The translations under genes and the position numbers were made by a program. Of a stretch of DNA of 64,000 nucleotides, positions 1 through 10,122 are shown piece by piece. A model generated the notes under the pieces. It was not told where the DNA came from, did no database searches, and saw nothing but the letters and a program-made list of their open reading frames with translations. This DNA is from Pontiella sp. (GTDB taxonomy: Bacteria; Verrucomicrobiota; Kiritimatiellia; Kiritimatiellales; Pontiellaceae). The stretch covers positions 482,713 through 546,712 of the forward strand of contig JBNKHE010000001.1 in assembly GCA_050290185.1 (NCBI GenBank), read 5' to 3'. The stretch's first letter is position 1, and each line of letters begins with the position of its first letter.

Positions 1-408
1 GGTTTTCTTGTGTTCGTAGACGCGTAGCTTGCGACCGTCTTCGGTGGTCTGGACATCGCGCTCGACAAGGATCTTCTTGCGTTCCAGCATGACGGTGAGG
101 ATGAAAATGGCGTTGAGATCCTCCTCGTTTTCCTTGGCCATGAGCTTGCGGAGAAGGGATTCGGCGTTTTCCTTTTTAACGGCCTCCTCGGCGGGAGGCG
201 GAGGAACAATGTAGAGGGTTTGCCACGAACTCAGGCCGGGGTCGTTCTTATCCCAGCATTCCTTGCAGAAATCCTCGCGGACATATTCGCCCTGTTCAAA
301 GGAAAGGCGGGAAAAAATCGTTTCCTTGTCGGCAAATGCCTTTTCGCACTTGTCGCACACCTTGGAGCATTTCCGCACGCTCCAGTTTTCAATGTTTTCC
401 CGTCCCAT
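1..408 (-). CDS. Hypothetical protein with Cys motifs, 3' end truncated by window edge
   Basis: Not in the ORF track. Read manually from ATG at 408: MGRENIENWSVRKCSKVCDKCEKAF...EDFCKECW...; open to position 1; AAGGA upstream; follows pgsA on the same strand. Confidence 0.7.
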   Translation of the reverse strand, partial: MGRENIENWSVRKCSKVCDKCEKAFADKETIFSRLSFEQGEYVREDFCKECWDKNDPGLSSWQTLYIVPPPPAEEAVKKENAESLLRKLMAKENEEDLNAIFILTVMLERKKILVERDVQTTEDGRKLRVYEHKKT

Positions 409-496
409 AATGAAATCCTTCAACGTAGAAGCGCTGCCCCCGCCGCTTATTGCCTTTGCACGGAAAACGCGATGAGGGCGTCGCGTCTACGATACC

Positions 497-1063
497 CTAT
501 TCTTTTTCTTCCCGGTCCCAGATTGTATGGCGCTGCTGCCAAAAGTAGACCACGCCGGTCCAGGCGGTCAGCAAGGCCGTCCCAAATCCCAGCCACCAGG
601 CAAATGCGGAGCGCGGAACAGGAAGCCATGACGTATCCCAGATCAGACCCATGAAATAGAGGCCGATGGCAACCATCTGTACCGTCGTCTTGACCTTACC
701 CCACATACCGGCCGCCATGACAATCCCCTTCTCGATGATCAGCAAGCGCATGCCGGTTACCATAAACTCGCGCGCAATGATCAGGACCACCATCCATGCC
801 CGCAGACTATCGAGTTCGACAAAGCCGATGAAGGCGGCGCAGACGAGCACCTTGTCGGCCAACGGATCCATCAGCTTCCCGAAGGAGGTGACACCGAAAA
901 AGTTACGGGCCAGATAGCCGTCCAGTGCGTCGGTGATACTCGCGAGGATGAAAATGACCAGCGCAATGATCCGGGCATAGGGAAACTCGACACTCATGCA
1001 GATCATCATTACGGCCGTCATCCAGAATCGGCTTATGGTCAGATGGTTGGGGAGACTTTTCAT
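497..1063 (-). CDS. pgsA: CDP-diacylglycerol--glycerol-3-phosphate 3-phosphatidyltransferase
   Basis: LPNHLTISR start and CDP-alcohol phosphotransferase motif DALDGYLAR...FGKLMDPLADK. Confidence 0.93.
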   Translation of the reverse strand: MKSLPNHLTISRFWMTAVMMICMSVEFPYARIIALVIFILASITDALDGYLARNFFGVTSFGKLMDPLADKVLVCAAFIGFVELDSLRAWMVVLIIAREFMVTGMRLLIIEKGIVMAAGMWGKVKTTVQMVAIGLYFMGLIWDTSWLPVPRSAFAWWLGFGTALLTAWTGVVYFWQQRHTIWDREEKE

Positions 1064-1078
1064 ACAATGATTCCGTCT

Positions 1079-1699
1079 TTATCGGTCGACTTCGATTTCG
1101 CCAGGCTTGACCAGATAGGCATCCGGAACCCCGTCGGTTATGGCTTCATACCGGACCGATGCGGTGCCACCGACCGCCGCGGGCTCCTCGGCATCATCCC
1201 CTGCGCACTGCTTCACGCTAAACACAATGATAGCCAGCAATACAACCCCCCCGGCGATGGAGAGGATGGTTTTGGACGAAATCCCGGAACCGGATAGACG
1301 GGCGATCGCTTCGTTTACATTGCTGAATATTGTTTGTCCCACACTCGGTGGAGTGGCCACCGCCGCCCCATTGGAATCCACCGAAACCTGATCCGCCTGA
1401 GCAATCTTCTGGCGCACATCATCGCTCAACTGGTTTTTTGATTTCGGGGCGTACTGGGCAACATATTCGTCGACCAGCGGTTGAGCCTCAATGCCGAGGT
1501 ATTGGGCGTACATCCGGATAAAACTCTTGGCATAAACCGGTGCCGATAGCGCACCAAAGTCGTCGGCCTCCATGGCTTCGATAAACTTGGACAGGATCTT
1601 GGTGGCCGTCCCCGCCTCGGAAACAGTTACGCCTTTCGTGCGGCGGGCTGATTCGAGCTTCTGCCCGATGGTTCCGATATTGAGATTAGCTTGCTCCAT
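1079..1699 (-). CDS. RodZ-like helix-turn-helix membrane protein
   Basis: N-terminal HTH (IGQKLESARR...YAKSFIRMYAQYLG), one TM segment; classic ftsK-rodZ-pgsA neighbourhood. Confidence 0.8.
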   Translation of the reverse strand: MEQANLNIGTIGQKLESARRTKGVTVSEAGTATKILSKFIEAMEADDFGALSAPVYAKSFIRMYAQYLGIEAQPLVDEYVAQYAPKSKNQLSDDVRQKIAQADQVSVDSNGAAVATPPSVGQTIFSNVNEAIARLSGSGISSKTILSIAGGVVLLAIIVFSVKQCAGDDAEEPAAVGGTASVRYEAITDGVPDAYLVKPGEIEVDR

Positions 1700-1734
1700 G
1701 TTGACACTCCTTGTCAGTTGTTGTGTTCACAGGC

Positions 1735-4131
1735 TCAAGCCTCTCTTTCTTCGCTCGAGTCAACTGTTCCTGTGTTCTGGGGAATCTCCCCGTCAAGATC
1801 GATTAGAATTTCGCGCGGGCCTGCCCCATCAGGAGGCCCGATCACACCCCGTTCCTCCAGCAGATCCATCACGCGCGCAGCACGCGTGTAGCCGATCCGC
1901 AGGCGACGCTGCAACGAAGAAGTGGAGGCCCGTTTGGTCTGACGGATCACCTCCATTGCCTGCTCCAGAATTTCATCATCCTCGCCGCTATCCATCTCCG
2001 GCAAATCGGTGGTCGGCTTTTCAATCTTTTCGTGGATCTCGGTGATGAATTCAGGCTGGCTCTGTTCCTTGCAGAAGTTCGTTACGCGATTGATTTCATC
2101 ATCACTGGTGTAAACGCCCTGCAGGCGGATCAACTTATCAGTACCGGGCGGAAGGACCAGCATATCGCCCTTGCCGAGCAGCGTGTCGGCCCCCATGCGG
2201 TCCAGAATGGTGCGGCTATCTACTTTCTGCGATACCTTGAAGGCGATGCGTACGGGGAAGTTGGCCTTGATCGTACCTGTGATTACTTTCACATCCGGGC
2301 GTTGCGTGGCCAGAATCATGTGGATGCCGGCGGCACGCGATTTCGCGGCCAGACGTGCAATGCCGGCCTCGATCTCGGCCTGCGCCACGTGCATCAGATC
2401 GGCCAGCTCGTCGATCACAATAACGATGTAGGGAAGCTTGTCGGGAATCGTATTCTTTTTCGGCTCTGCCGAAGTGGTCTCATCGCCAAACAACTCGGTC
2501 TGCTTCTGGATGACCCGGGCATTGAAGCTCGGCAGGTCGCGCACACCAGCCTGATTAAACCACTTAAAGCGACGCTCCATTTCGTCGATCGCCCACCGCA
2601 ATCCAAGCGCCACCTTCTTCGCGTTGGTGATCACCGGCACCACAAGATGCGGCAGGTTATTGTAGGCGTGGAATTCGACGGTTTTGGGGTCGACGAGGAT
2701 CATGCGCAGATCGTCGGGCGAATGCTTCATGAGCAGGCCGGTCAAAATCGAGTTCATGCAGACCGATTTACCCGCGCCCGTAGCCCCGGCAATCAGCAAG
2801 TGCGGCATCTTGGTCAGGTCGTACATGATACTTTGGCCATTGACATCCTTACCCAACAGCAGAGGCAATGCATGTTTTCCCGACTGGAACGTGCGGCTCT
2901 CCACCATGTCACGGAAGAAAACGGAAGCCCGGGACGTATTCGGGATTTCCACTCCGCAGACCCCTTTGCCGGGAATGGGGGCTTGAATACGAATGCTTTC
3001 GGCATGCATTTTCAGCGCAAGATTGTCGGACAATGCCTTGATGCGTTCTACACGCACGCCGGAGGCGGGAAGGATCTCGTAGCATGTGACCACTGGACCC
3101 TGCTGTACCCCGGTTACCTTGGCTTCAACACCAAACTCTTCGAGAGCGTTCTGCAACACCTCTGCCGTGTTGGCAATTTCGTCGGCCGACATGCCCTTGC
3201 CCTGCGGAACAGAGGGGTCGAGCAGGTCCAGCGAAGGAAGCTTGTAGTCATCATGCCCGCCCGCGTCTACTGAAACAAAAGCAGCAGCTTCCGGCTCTTC
3301 GCCCTTGGCTTTCTCCGTCTTTGGTTTGGTGGCGGTAGCTTTCGGTTCGACCTCGGGTTCCGGCTTGGACTTGACCGGCTGCTCCGTCTTTTTCTGCTGC
3401 TCCGCGACCATTTTTCGAATATCGACTTGCGGAAGCTCCTGTGTCACCTCGGCCATGGCGGGCTCGGCCTTGGGTTTTGGCTTGCGGGGTGCACGTTTGC
3501 GCTTCGGCTTCGGCTTTTCGACCTTTTCCTCGAAAACCTCTTCCACCGATGGTTTTTCCATTTTGAGCGTTTTCGCCCATCCCCAAATCTGCTTTGCCAC
3601 ATCGACGATGTGAAGATCGAGCATGCGCATCAGCGCGATGAGCAACAGCGCGAAAAAAACGATTCCCGCCCCCGTATAACCAATCCAGTGGCCCAGCGAT
3701 CGTTGCGCCAGCATTTCACCCATCAGTCCGCCCGGCGTACCTATGTTCAAGCGCTGTACGGTCCCCATCCAGAACTGGGTATTCATATCCACCAGTCCAG
3801 CCAGACAGAACAGGCCGAGAATCAACCACAACAGCCGGGGATAGATTTTGCGGGACGACCAGATCACCGTGGAAATACCGACCCAAAGGATACTGAACGG
3901 AATGATAAATCCTGCGACGCCAAAATACATGAAGACCACATAGGCCATACGCGCGCCAAACAGCCCGATCCAGTTGCTTTCCCAATCAGGATTGCTGTTG
4001 AACAGCTCGATTTGCGACGGTTTGTAGGAAAGTATGCCCAACAGGAGCATCAGCCCCACCGTGCCCGTCAATATCCCCCCGATTTCGCGCCAACCCGAGC
4101 GAACGGGTTCCTCTGTACGTGTTTTTGCCAT
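1735..4131 (-). CDS. ftsK: DNA translocase FtsK/SpoIIIE
   Basis: N-terminal TM helices, PHLLIAGATGAGKS Walker A, IVIVIDELADLM, gamma domain LQRRLRIGYTRAAR; ATG at 4131 preferred over the upstream TTG at 4167. Confidence 0.96.
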   Translation of the reverse strand: MAKTRTEEPVRSGWREIGGILTGTVGLMLLLGILSYKPSQIELFNSNPDWESNWIGLFGARMAYVVFMYFGVAGFIIPFSILWVGISTVIWSSRKIYPRLLWLILGLFCLAGLVDMNTQFWMGTVQRLNIGTPGGLMGEMLAQRSLGHWIGYTGAGIVFFALLLIALMRMLDLHIVDVAKQIWGWAKTLKMEKPSVEEVFEEKVEKPKPKRKRAPRKPKPKAEPAMAEVTQELPQVDIRKMVAEQQKKTEQPVKSKPEPEVEPKATATKPKTEKAKGEEPEAAAFVSVDAGGHDDYKLPSLDLLDPSVPQGKGMSADEIANTAEVLQNALEEFGVEAKVTGVQQGPVVTCYEILPASGVRVERIKALSDNLALKMHAESIRIQAPIPGKGVCGVEIPNTSRASVFFRDMVESRTFQSGKHALPLLLGKDVNGQSIMYDLTKMPHLLIAGATGAGKSVCMNSILTGLLMKHSPDDLRMILVDPKTVEFHAYNNLPHLVVPVITNAKKVALGLRWAIDEMERRFKWFNQAGVRDLPSFNARVIQKQTELFGDETTSAEPKKNTIPDKLPYIVIVIDELADLMHVAQAEIEAGIARLAAKSRAAGIHMILATQRPDVKVITGTIKANFPVRIAFKVSQKVDSRTILDRMGADTLLGKGDMLVLPPGTDKLIRLQGVYTSDDEINRVTNFCKEQSQPEFITEIHEKIEKPTTDLPEMDSGEDDEILEQAMEVIRQTKRASTSSLQRRLRIGYTRAARVMDLLEERGVIGPPDGAGPREILIDLDGEIPQNTGTVDSSEEREA

Positions 4132-4211
4132 TGGAGGACTATAGAGGAAGCGGCCTTGCCAAATCAACTCAAGTAACCGTCAATGAACGCCTATATCACA
4201 ATAATAAAGGA

Positions 4212-4835
4212 TCAGCCCGAGACGCCCAGTTTTGAGCGATAAAAGGCCAGCTCGGCGATGGAAGCCTTGATGTCGAACAGGGCGTCGTGGGCATTGGCTG
4301 CCGGAATATCACCGCCGGCAAAATACCGGTTCAGGAGTTCGGTGCTTTCCTTATCAAACGGTTCGCCCCCAGCCCAATCCTGCCACTGGATTTTAATGGT
4401 GGATACATCAAGCAACCGGTAATGAAGACGGCTTGCAAAAAGCGGAAGAAAGCGGCGCATCAGATACCAGTCATTATGCACGCTGTTACCTGCTAGCACC
4501 GGGCGTTTTTCCATTTCATCGTACGGCGTCCCGCAATATTGGTCGAGCAGCGCGGCGATTTGGCGATCGGCCTCTTCAACCGAGACAGCCTGGCTCGAAC
4601 GGCATTGTTCAACCAAACCGGCCAGATTTTCGGCGACCCAGGGACTGACCTGCCCGCCCTCCTCCAATCGGATGCATAGATTCAGATCGGCTTTCGCCGG
4701 TGCGATGCGGTTAAGCTCCGTATCCGTTACGATAACCGCTACCTGCAAGAGACGGGCCTCTTCGAGGTTGAGCGAGGTGAACTCGGCATCAAACCATACA
4801 TAGGCCGATGTTTTATTTTGTACCTTATCTGTCAT
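4212..4835 (-). CDS. orn: Oligoribonuclease (DEDDh exonuclease)
   Basis: VWFDAEFTSL, LAGNSVHND, LHYRLLDVSTIK, HDALFDIKASIAELAFYR motifs. Confidence 0.85.
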   Translation of the reverse strand: MTDKVQNKTSAYVWFDAEFTSLNLEEARLLQVAVIVTDTELNRIAPAKADLNLCIRLEEGGQVSPWVAENLAGLVEQCRSSQAVSVEEADRQIAALLDQYCGTPYDEMEKRPVLAGNSVHNDWYLMRRFLPLFASRLHYRLLDVSTIKIQWQDWAGGEPFDKESTELLNRYFAGGDIPAANAHDALFDIKASIAELAFYRSKLGVSG

Positions 4836-4901
4836 GGGAGCCCTTTATTCAAACGAGCCACAGATAAGCACAGATTTCAATGGATTGAAAACATGGGAAT
4901 G

Positions 4902-4931
4902 AAAAAAGGGATGGCACTCAACCATCCCTTT
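4902..4931 (-). terminator. Rho-independent terminator after ackA
   Basis: Inverted repeat AAAGGGATGG...CCATCCCTTT with A-run (U-tail on the minus strand). Confidence 0.7.
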
Positions 4932-4974
4932 ATCCGTTCACCCGAGTGGATCCGTGTTTGTACGCAATCCGATC

Positions 4975-6180
4975 CTAGACCTTCTTAATCAGATTGTAGG
5001 TATCGAGCGCGATGACGAGCTCTTCGTTGGTGTGGATCTTGATCCCGGCCACCTTCGAGTCGTCGGTGGTAATGATCGTCTCGTTGGCGTTGTTGCGGGC
5101 TTCATCGACCTTCAGGCCAATAAAGCCGAAGTTTTCAAGAATCTTGTCGCGCAGCATTGGATTGTTTTCGCCCACGCCAGCGGTAAAGACGATGCCGTCA
5201 ACCCCGTTCATGGCCGCAATATAGCTCCCGATGTATTTCTGAATGCTGTAGCAGAACATTTCGATGGCCAGGATGCTATCCTTGTCACCCGCATCAGCAG
5301 CTTCCACATTATCGCGCATATCGCTCTTGCCGGAAATCGCCAGCAAACCGCCATTCTTGTTCATCATCGTACTCACCTGAGCGGGAGTCATCTCCTGTGA
5401 TTCCATGATATGCAAAGGAATATAGGGATCGAGAGCGCCGGAACGGGTTCCCATAATGATGCCGTCAAGCGGGGTAAACCCCATCGAGGTATCGACCGAC
5501 TTGCCGCCCATGAAAGCTGCCAGCGAACCTCCGTTGCCCAGATGGCAGGTAATCAGCTTCAGGTCTTCCAACGGCTTGCCTAGTTGCTCTGCGGCCTTAT
5601 GGGCCACATACCCATGAGACGTGCCATGGAATCCGTATTTCCGGATCTTGTAGTTGGTGTACTGGGCTCGCGGCAAAGCATATAGATAGGCCTTTTTCGG
5701 CATGCTCTGGTGAATGGCGGTATCGAAAACGGCCACCTGCGGCATGAACGGCAAAAGCGAAGCCATCGCTTTGATACCCATCAGGTTCGGCGGGTTATGG
5801 AGCGGGGCCAGCATGGAGTTGCGCTCAATCGCCTTGACCACATCGCGATCAATCACAACGGAGCCGGTAAAGTCCTCCCCGCCATGAACCACGCGGTGAC
5901 CCACGCCGGAGAGATCTTCAAGACTTTCAAGAACACCTGTTTCGCTATGGGTCAGCAACTTCAGGATTTCATCAATCGCCGTTTTGTGGGTGGCCAGGTC
6001 AATGAACTGCTTCTCCTTGTCTTCGCCATCAAACCTCTGGATGGTCAGTGTGGAGCCGGCGATACCGATGCGGTCGGCCTGCCCTTCGCACATGGCCGAG
6101 AACTGGTCGCTTTCCTGATTGACCTGATAAAGCTTGAACTTGATCGAGGATGAGCCGGAATTAAGTACGAGAATTTTCAT
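4975..6180 (-). CDS. ackA: Acetate kinase
   Basis: ILVLNSGSSSIK, GHRVVHGG, APLHNP, YGFHGTSH, HLGNGGS, FTAGVGEN, TNEEL. Confidence 0.97.
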   Translation of the reverse strand: MKILVLNSGSSSIKFKLYQVNQESDQFSAMCEGQADRIGIAGSTLTIQRFDGEDKEKQFIDLATHKTAIDEILKLLTHSETGVLESLEDLSGVGHRVVHGGEDFTGSVVIDRDVVKAIERNSMLAPLHNPPNLMGIKAMASLLPFMPQVAVFDTAIHQSMPKKAYLYALPRAQYTNYKIRKYGFHGTSHGYVAHKAAEQLGKPLEDLKLITCHLGNGGSLAAFMGGKSVDTSMGFTPLDGIIMGTRSGALDPYIPLHIMESQEMTPAQVSTMMNKNGGLLAISGKSDMRDNVEAADAGDKDSILAIEMFCYSIQKYIGSYIAAMNGVDGIVFTAGVGENNPMLRDKILENFGFIGLKVDEARNNANETIITTDDSKVAGIKIHTNEELVIALDTYNLIKKV

Positions 6181-6197
6181 AGATCAGTTTCCTTGGA

Positions 6198-7202
6198 TTA
6201 GTTTCCGGCCTGGAGCGCGGTCAGAGCAACGGTTCCAACAATGTCTTCTACATAGCAACCGCGGGAGAGATCGTTCACAGGTTTGTTCAATCCCTGAAGG
6301 ACGGGGCCATAAGCGCCAGCGCCAGCCAAGCGTTGCACCAACTTGTAGCCAATGTTGGCGGCGTTAAGGTCAGGGAAGATCAAAACACGGGCATCCCCTC
6401 CAAGCGGACTTTCCGGAGCTTTCTTAGCGGCCACACTCGGAACGATGGCCGAGTCGGTCTGCAGCTCGCCATCAATCACGATGCCCTTGCCGGGGTGCTC
6501 AGCGGCAATCTTGGCCTTGGCGATCTCAAGGGCCTGTTGAACCTTTTCAACCATCGGGCATTTTCCTCCTGATCCGTAGGAGGAAAAGGAAAGCAATGCG
6601 ACCTTCGGCGGAATGTCGTAGGCCATCGCGGAAATGGCACTGTCGACCGCGATATCGGCCAGTTGTTCGGCGGTGGGATCAACCACCAGCGCACAGTCGG
6701 AAAAGATGTAGGTTTTATCGTTCACATCCATTATGAAGAAGCTCGAAACCGTTGCGCCCTTTTTGGCAGCCTTGATGACCTGAAGCGCGGGACGAACCGT
6801 GTCGGCGGTCGAGTGCGCGGCACCGGAAACCATGCCGTCTGCATCACCCGACTGCATGATCATCGTCCCGAAATAACTAACCTGTTTCACGGTTTCAAGC
6901 GCCTGCTCGGGCGTGATGCCTTTGGCTTTGCGCATTTCATAAAACGTATCCGCGTATTCCTGAAGTTTTTCGGAGGTTTCTGGATTGGTCACCGTAATTC
7001 CATCAAGACTCCAACCCTTAGACGAAAAAGCCTCGGTGATTTTCTGTTCGTCTCCGAGCAGGATTACCGAGGCAATGCCTTCCTGATTGATAATATTAGC
7101 GGCTTCAAGTACGCGTTCGTCGTTTCCTTCCGGAAGTACGATATTTCGCTTTGTAACCTTTGCCGCATCAATGATTTGTTGAATAAATGCACTTCTGCTC
7201 AT
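6198..7202 (-). CDS. pta: Phosphate acetyltransferase
   Basis: IVLPEG, DGELQTD, FPDLNAANIGYK, GPVLQGLNKPVNDLSRG; adjacent to ackA. Confidence 0.96.
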   Translation of the reverse strand: MSRSAFIQQIIDAAKVTKRNIVLPEGNDERVLEAANIINQEGIASVILLGDEQKITEAFSSKGWSLDGITVTNPETSEKLQEYADTFYEMRKAKGITPEQALETVKQVSYFGTMIMQSGDADGMVSGAAHSTADTVRPALQVIKAAKKGATVSSFFIMDVNDKTYIFSDCALVVDPTAEQLADIAVDSAISAMAYDIPPKVALLSFSSYGSGGKCPMVEKVQQALEIAKAKIAAEHPGKGIVIDGELQTDSAIVPSVAAKKAPESPLGGDARVLIFPDLNAANIGYKLVQRLAGAGAYGPVLQGLNKPVNDLSRGCYVEDIVGTVALTALQAGN

Positions 7203-7418
7203 TTTCCCCGATTCCCCATGTTGTTTAGTAACAATAACCCCTGTTTTGCAAAAAACTTCGCAAAAAGTATCAGTTCGGAATTTTTGCGCAATCCAATTCT
7301 ACCGAAATATCATACGTTTTGGATTTATGACCATTCCTCCGCGCATCAAAAAACGTAAACATGGCAATATACCTCGTTTTTCAACATTATGAATTAGATG
7401 AAACGATCGTTTTGCGGA

Positions 7419-7453
7419 TAAAAACAAAAACCCGCAGCCCAAAGGCTACGGGT
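7419..7453 (-). terminator. Rho-independent terminator ending the ribosomal superoperon
   Basis: ACCCGCAGCC-CAAA-GGCTACGGGT hairpin with adjacent A-tract just downstream of rplQ. Confidence 0.75.
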
Positions 7454-7478
7454 CCTATCCAATCCATTTGTGCTGGAT

Positions 7479-7883
7479 TTATTCGGCGGCCGCGGGCTCC
7501 GCTACCTCTTCCACAACGGGAGCTTCGATCGCATCCACCCACTCGAGCAGAACCATCTCGGAACTGTCGGAGATACGGCGACCCAGCTTAATGATGCGGG
7601 TGTATCCGCCATTGCGGGATGCAAATACCGGGGCTACGGCATCAAAGAGTTCCTTAACGGACTTTTCGTTTTTCAACGTGGAAATCGCCTGACGGCGAGC
7701 CGCCAAAGTTCCCTTTTTCCCCAGCGTAACCATCTTTTCAGCCAGGCTGCGAGCGGCCTTGGCCTTCGGCAACGTGGTTTTGATGCGTTTATTGTCGATC
7801 AAAGCACATACCAGATTTGCGAGCAACTCGTTGCGGTGCGCACTGGTGCGGCCAAGTTTAACTGTTTTCTTACGATGTCTCAT
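7479..7883 (-). CDS. rplQ: 50S ribosomal protein L17
   Basis: MRHRKK..KLGRTSAHR, TTLPKAK, RNGGYTRIIK. Confidence 0.98.
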   Translation of the reverse strand: MRHRKKTVKLGRTSAHRNELLANLVCALIDNKRIKTTLPKAKAARSLAEKMVTLGKKGTLAARRQAISTLKNEKSVKELFDAVAPVFASRNGGYTRIIKLGRRISDSSEMVLLEWVDAIEAPVVEEVAEPAAAE

Positions 7884-7909
7884 TGTTCCAACCTCTGAAT
7901 AGTTACAAA

Positions 7910-8914
7910 TTAATCGTCGGACGATGAACTCTTGAGCAGGTCTGCATCAAAGGTCATGCCCAGCGATAGACCCATTTCCTGAATCTTCGCCTTGATTTCG
8001 TTCAGCGACTTCTTACCGAAGTTGCGGTACTTGAGCATTTCTGCTTCGGTCTTCTGCGCCAGTTCGCCAACCGTAGTAATGTTGGCATTGTTCAGGCAGT
8101 TGGCCGCACGAACACTCAGTTCGATTTCGTTTACACTGATGTTCAGCTTCTTGCGCAGTTCTTCCTTCTCGAGGTCGATCTGCTTTTCGCTTTCCTCGAA
8201 CTCGATCAGATCCTTGTCATAGCTCACGAATACATCGAGATGGTGACGAAGTATCGCAGCCGACATCGTCAGTGCATCGTCAGGGCTGACGCGGCCATCG
8301 GTCCAGATTTCGATAACCAGTTTATCGTAGTCGGTACGGCGGCCAACACGGGTGTTTTCCGTTGCGTACTTTACGCGGCGAACCGGGGAGAAGAGACAGT
8401 CGATCGGAATAATGCCGATCTCCTGGTTTTCCTTCTTGTTCAGGTCGGCGGGGCAATAGCCGCGTCCTATGCGGACTTCCATATCGGCTTCGAACACGCC
8501 GCCTTCAGCCAGAGTGCAGATGACAAAATCGGGATTCAGAACCTCAATCGTGTCCGGCGCAACAATATCACCAGCGGTCACTTCACCCGGACCTTCAACT
8601 TTGATCTTAACCGTCTGCGCATCGCGCGAGTAGGTTTTGAACAGCAGTTGCTTGATGTTCAGAATGATGTCGGTGACGTCTTCGACAACCCCTTCGAGGC
8701 TGCAGAATTCGTGCGGAGCACCCTTAATCTTGATGGACGAAACCGCAGCACCCTCGAGCGAGGACAGCAACACACGGCGGAGCGAGTTGCCCATGGTGCG
8801 GCCGTAGCCTCCTTCGAATGGTTCTGCATAGAACTTACCGTAGTTTTCGGTTGAAACAGACTCATCCTTGATGACCTGTTTCGGCATTTCAAAACGACCG
8901 AGTCGTGTAGCCAT
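7910..8914 (-). CDS. rpoA: RNA polymerase alpha subunit
   Basis: EPFEGGYGRTMGNSLRRVLLSS, ELSVRAANCL, NFGKKSL. Confidence 0.98.
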   Translation of the reverse strand: MATRLGRFEMPKQVIKDESVSTENYGKFYAEPFEGGYGRTMGNSLRRVLLSSLEGAAVSSIKIKGAPHEFCSLEGVVEDVTDIILNIKQLLFKTYSRDAQTVKIKVEGPGEVTAGDIVAPDTIEVLNPDFVICTLAEGGVFEADMEVRIGRGYCPADLNKKENQEIGIIPIDCLFSPVRRVKYATENTRVGRRTDYDKLVIEIWTDGRVSPDDALTMSAAILRHHLDVFVSYDKDLIEFEESEKQIDLEKEELRKKLNISVNEIELSVRAANCLNNANITTVGELAQKTEAEMLKYRNFGKKSLNEIKAKIQEMGLSLGMTFDADLLKSSSSDD

Positions 8915-8983
8915 AGTATTATCCTCCCAGAACCGGGCATTAACCGGCTCGTATGGTGTTCATTTACGTATTGTTAGATTCAA

Positions 8984-9562
8984 TTAGACGCGACGACGCT
9001 TGGGCGGGCGGCATCCATTGTGCGGAATAGCGGTGGTGTCCTTGATTGCGGTAACAGCGAGACCGGCGGCCTGAATGGCACGGACGGCGGATTCGCGGCC
9101 GGCACCGGGACCCTGCACGCGAACTTCAACTTCGGACATGCCGTGGCTGATTGCGGTACGGGCGGCATCCTGAGCAACCGTGGTGGCTGCGAACGCCGTG
9201 CTCTTGCGCGAACCCTTGAAGTTACAGCGACCGGCACTGCTCCAGGAAATCACATTACCACGCATGTCCGTGATCGAAACGATGGTGTTGTTGAAGGTGG
9301 TCTTAACGAAAGCGATACCGAACGGGACATTCTTGGAACCCTTCTTACGCTTGATCGGCTCGATCTTTTCGTCGGCCAGAAGATCGGCTGCGGTCGGCAG
9401 ACGGCTCTTCTTTTCTTCGGAGGGTTGCTCTGCAGCTGCTTCCGTTTTCGCTTCGGCGGCGGGTTTTTCAGCAGCGGCTTCGGTTTTCACTTCAGCTTCA
9501 GCGGCAACCGGTGCAGCTTGCTCAACCACTTTTTCTTCTACTTCTTTTTGTTCTTCTGCCAT
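8984..9562 (-). CDS. rpsK: 30S ribosomal protein S11 with long acidic N-terminal extension
   Basis: [40 protein letters not shown]. Confidence 0.97.
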   Translation of the reverse strand: MAEEQKEVEEKVVEQAAPVAAEAEVKTEAAAEKPAAEAKTEAAAEQPSEEKKSRLPTAADLLADEKIEPIKRKKGSKNVPFGIAFVKTTFNNTIVSITDMRGNVISWSSAGRCNFKGSRKSTAFAATTVAQDAARTAISHGMSEVEVRVQGPGAGRESAVRAIQAAGLAVTAIKDTTAIPHNGCRPPKRRRV

Positions 9563-9590
9563 GGGAATAATCCTTCTTTAAAGCACCTGT

Positions 9591-9992
9591 TTATTTGCCG
9601 GATTTAGCAGCGGCACGGGCTTCCTTGCCGCGAACCACGCCAACGGTGCGCTTTGCACCCTTGCGGGTACGTGCATTGGTCTTGGTCCGCTGTCCACGTA
9701 CCGGAAGTCCGGCGCGATGCCGACGGCCACGGTAGGTGCCGATGGAGATGAGACGACGAATATTGGACGAGATTTCACGCCGAAGGTCACCCTCGATGCG
9801 ATAGTCGTTCTGAAGCACAGCAACCAAATGCTGAATATCTTCGTCGGTCAGGTCGTCCGCTTTTTTGGCGGGATCCAGCTTGGCCTTCTCGCAAACTTCT
9901 TTTGCGGTGGTCGGGCCGATGCCGTAGATGTAGCGAAGCGAGTATTCAAGCTTCTTTCTACCGGGAATGTCTATACCGAGTACACGTGGCAT
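9591..9992 (-). CDS. rpsM: 30S ribosomal protein S13
   Basis: IYGIG, IEGDLRRE, GLPVRGQRTKTNARTRKG. Confidence 0.98.
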   Translation of the reverse strand: MPRVLGIDIPGRKKLEYSLRYIYGIGPTTAKEVCEKAKLDPAKKADDLTDEDIQHLVAVLQNDYRIEGDLRREISSNIRRLISIGTYRGRRHRAGLPVRGQRTKTNARTRKGAKRTVGVVRGKEARAAAKSGK

Positions 9993-10007
9993 TTATAAAC
10001 TCCTTGA

Positions 10008-10121
10008 TTATCCTTGGCGCTGCTTATGACGGGGATTCGTACAAATGATACGCACCACGCCCTTGCGCCGGATTACTTTACACTGTTCACACATTCTTTT
10101 TACTGAAGCTCTTACTTTCAT
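10008..10121 (-). CDS. rpmJ: 50S ribosomal protein L36 (zinc-ribbon C+ form)
   Basis: Below the ORF-track cutoff; manual translation [37 protein letters not shown]. Confidence 0.97.
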   Translation of the reverse strand: MKVRASVKRMCEQCKVIRRKGVVRIICTNPRHKQRQG

Positions 10122-10122
10122 C

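Noticed and set aside
4858..4960. Short ACAGAT/ATCCGT repeats around the ackA terminator (similar text near 37490-37512)
   Set aside because: Too short and degenerate to call a repeat family from this window alone
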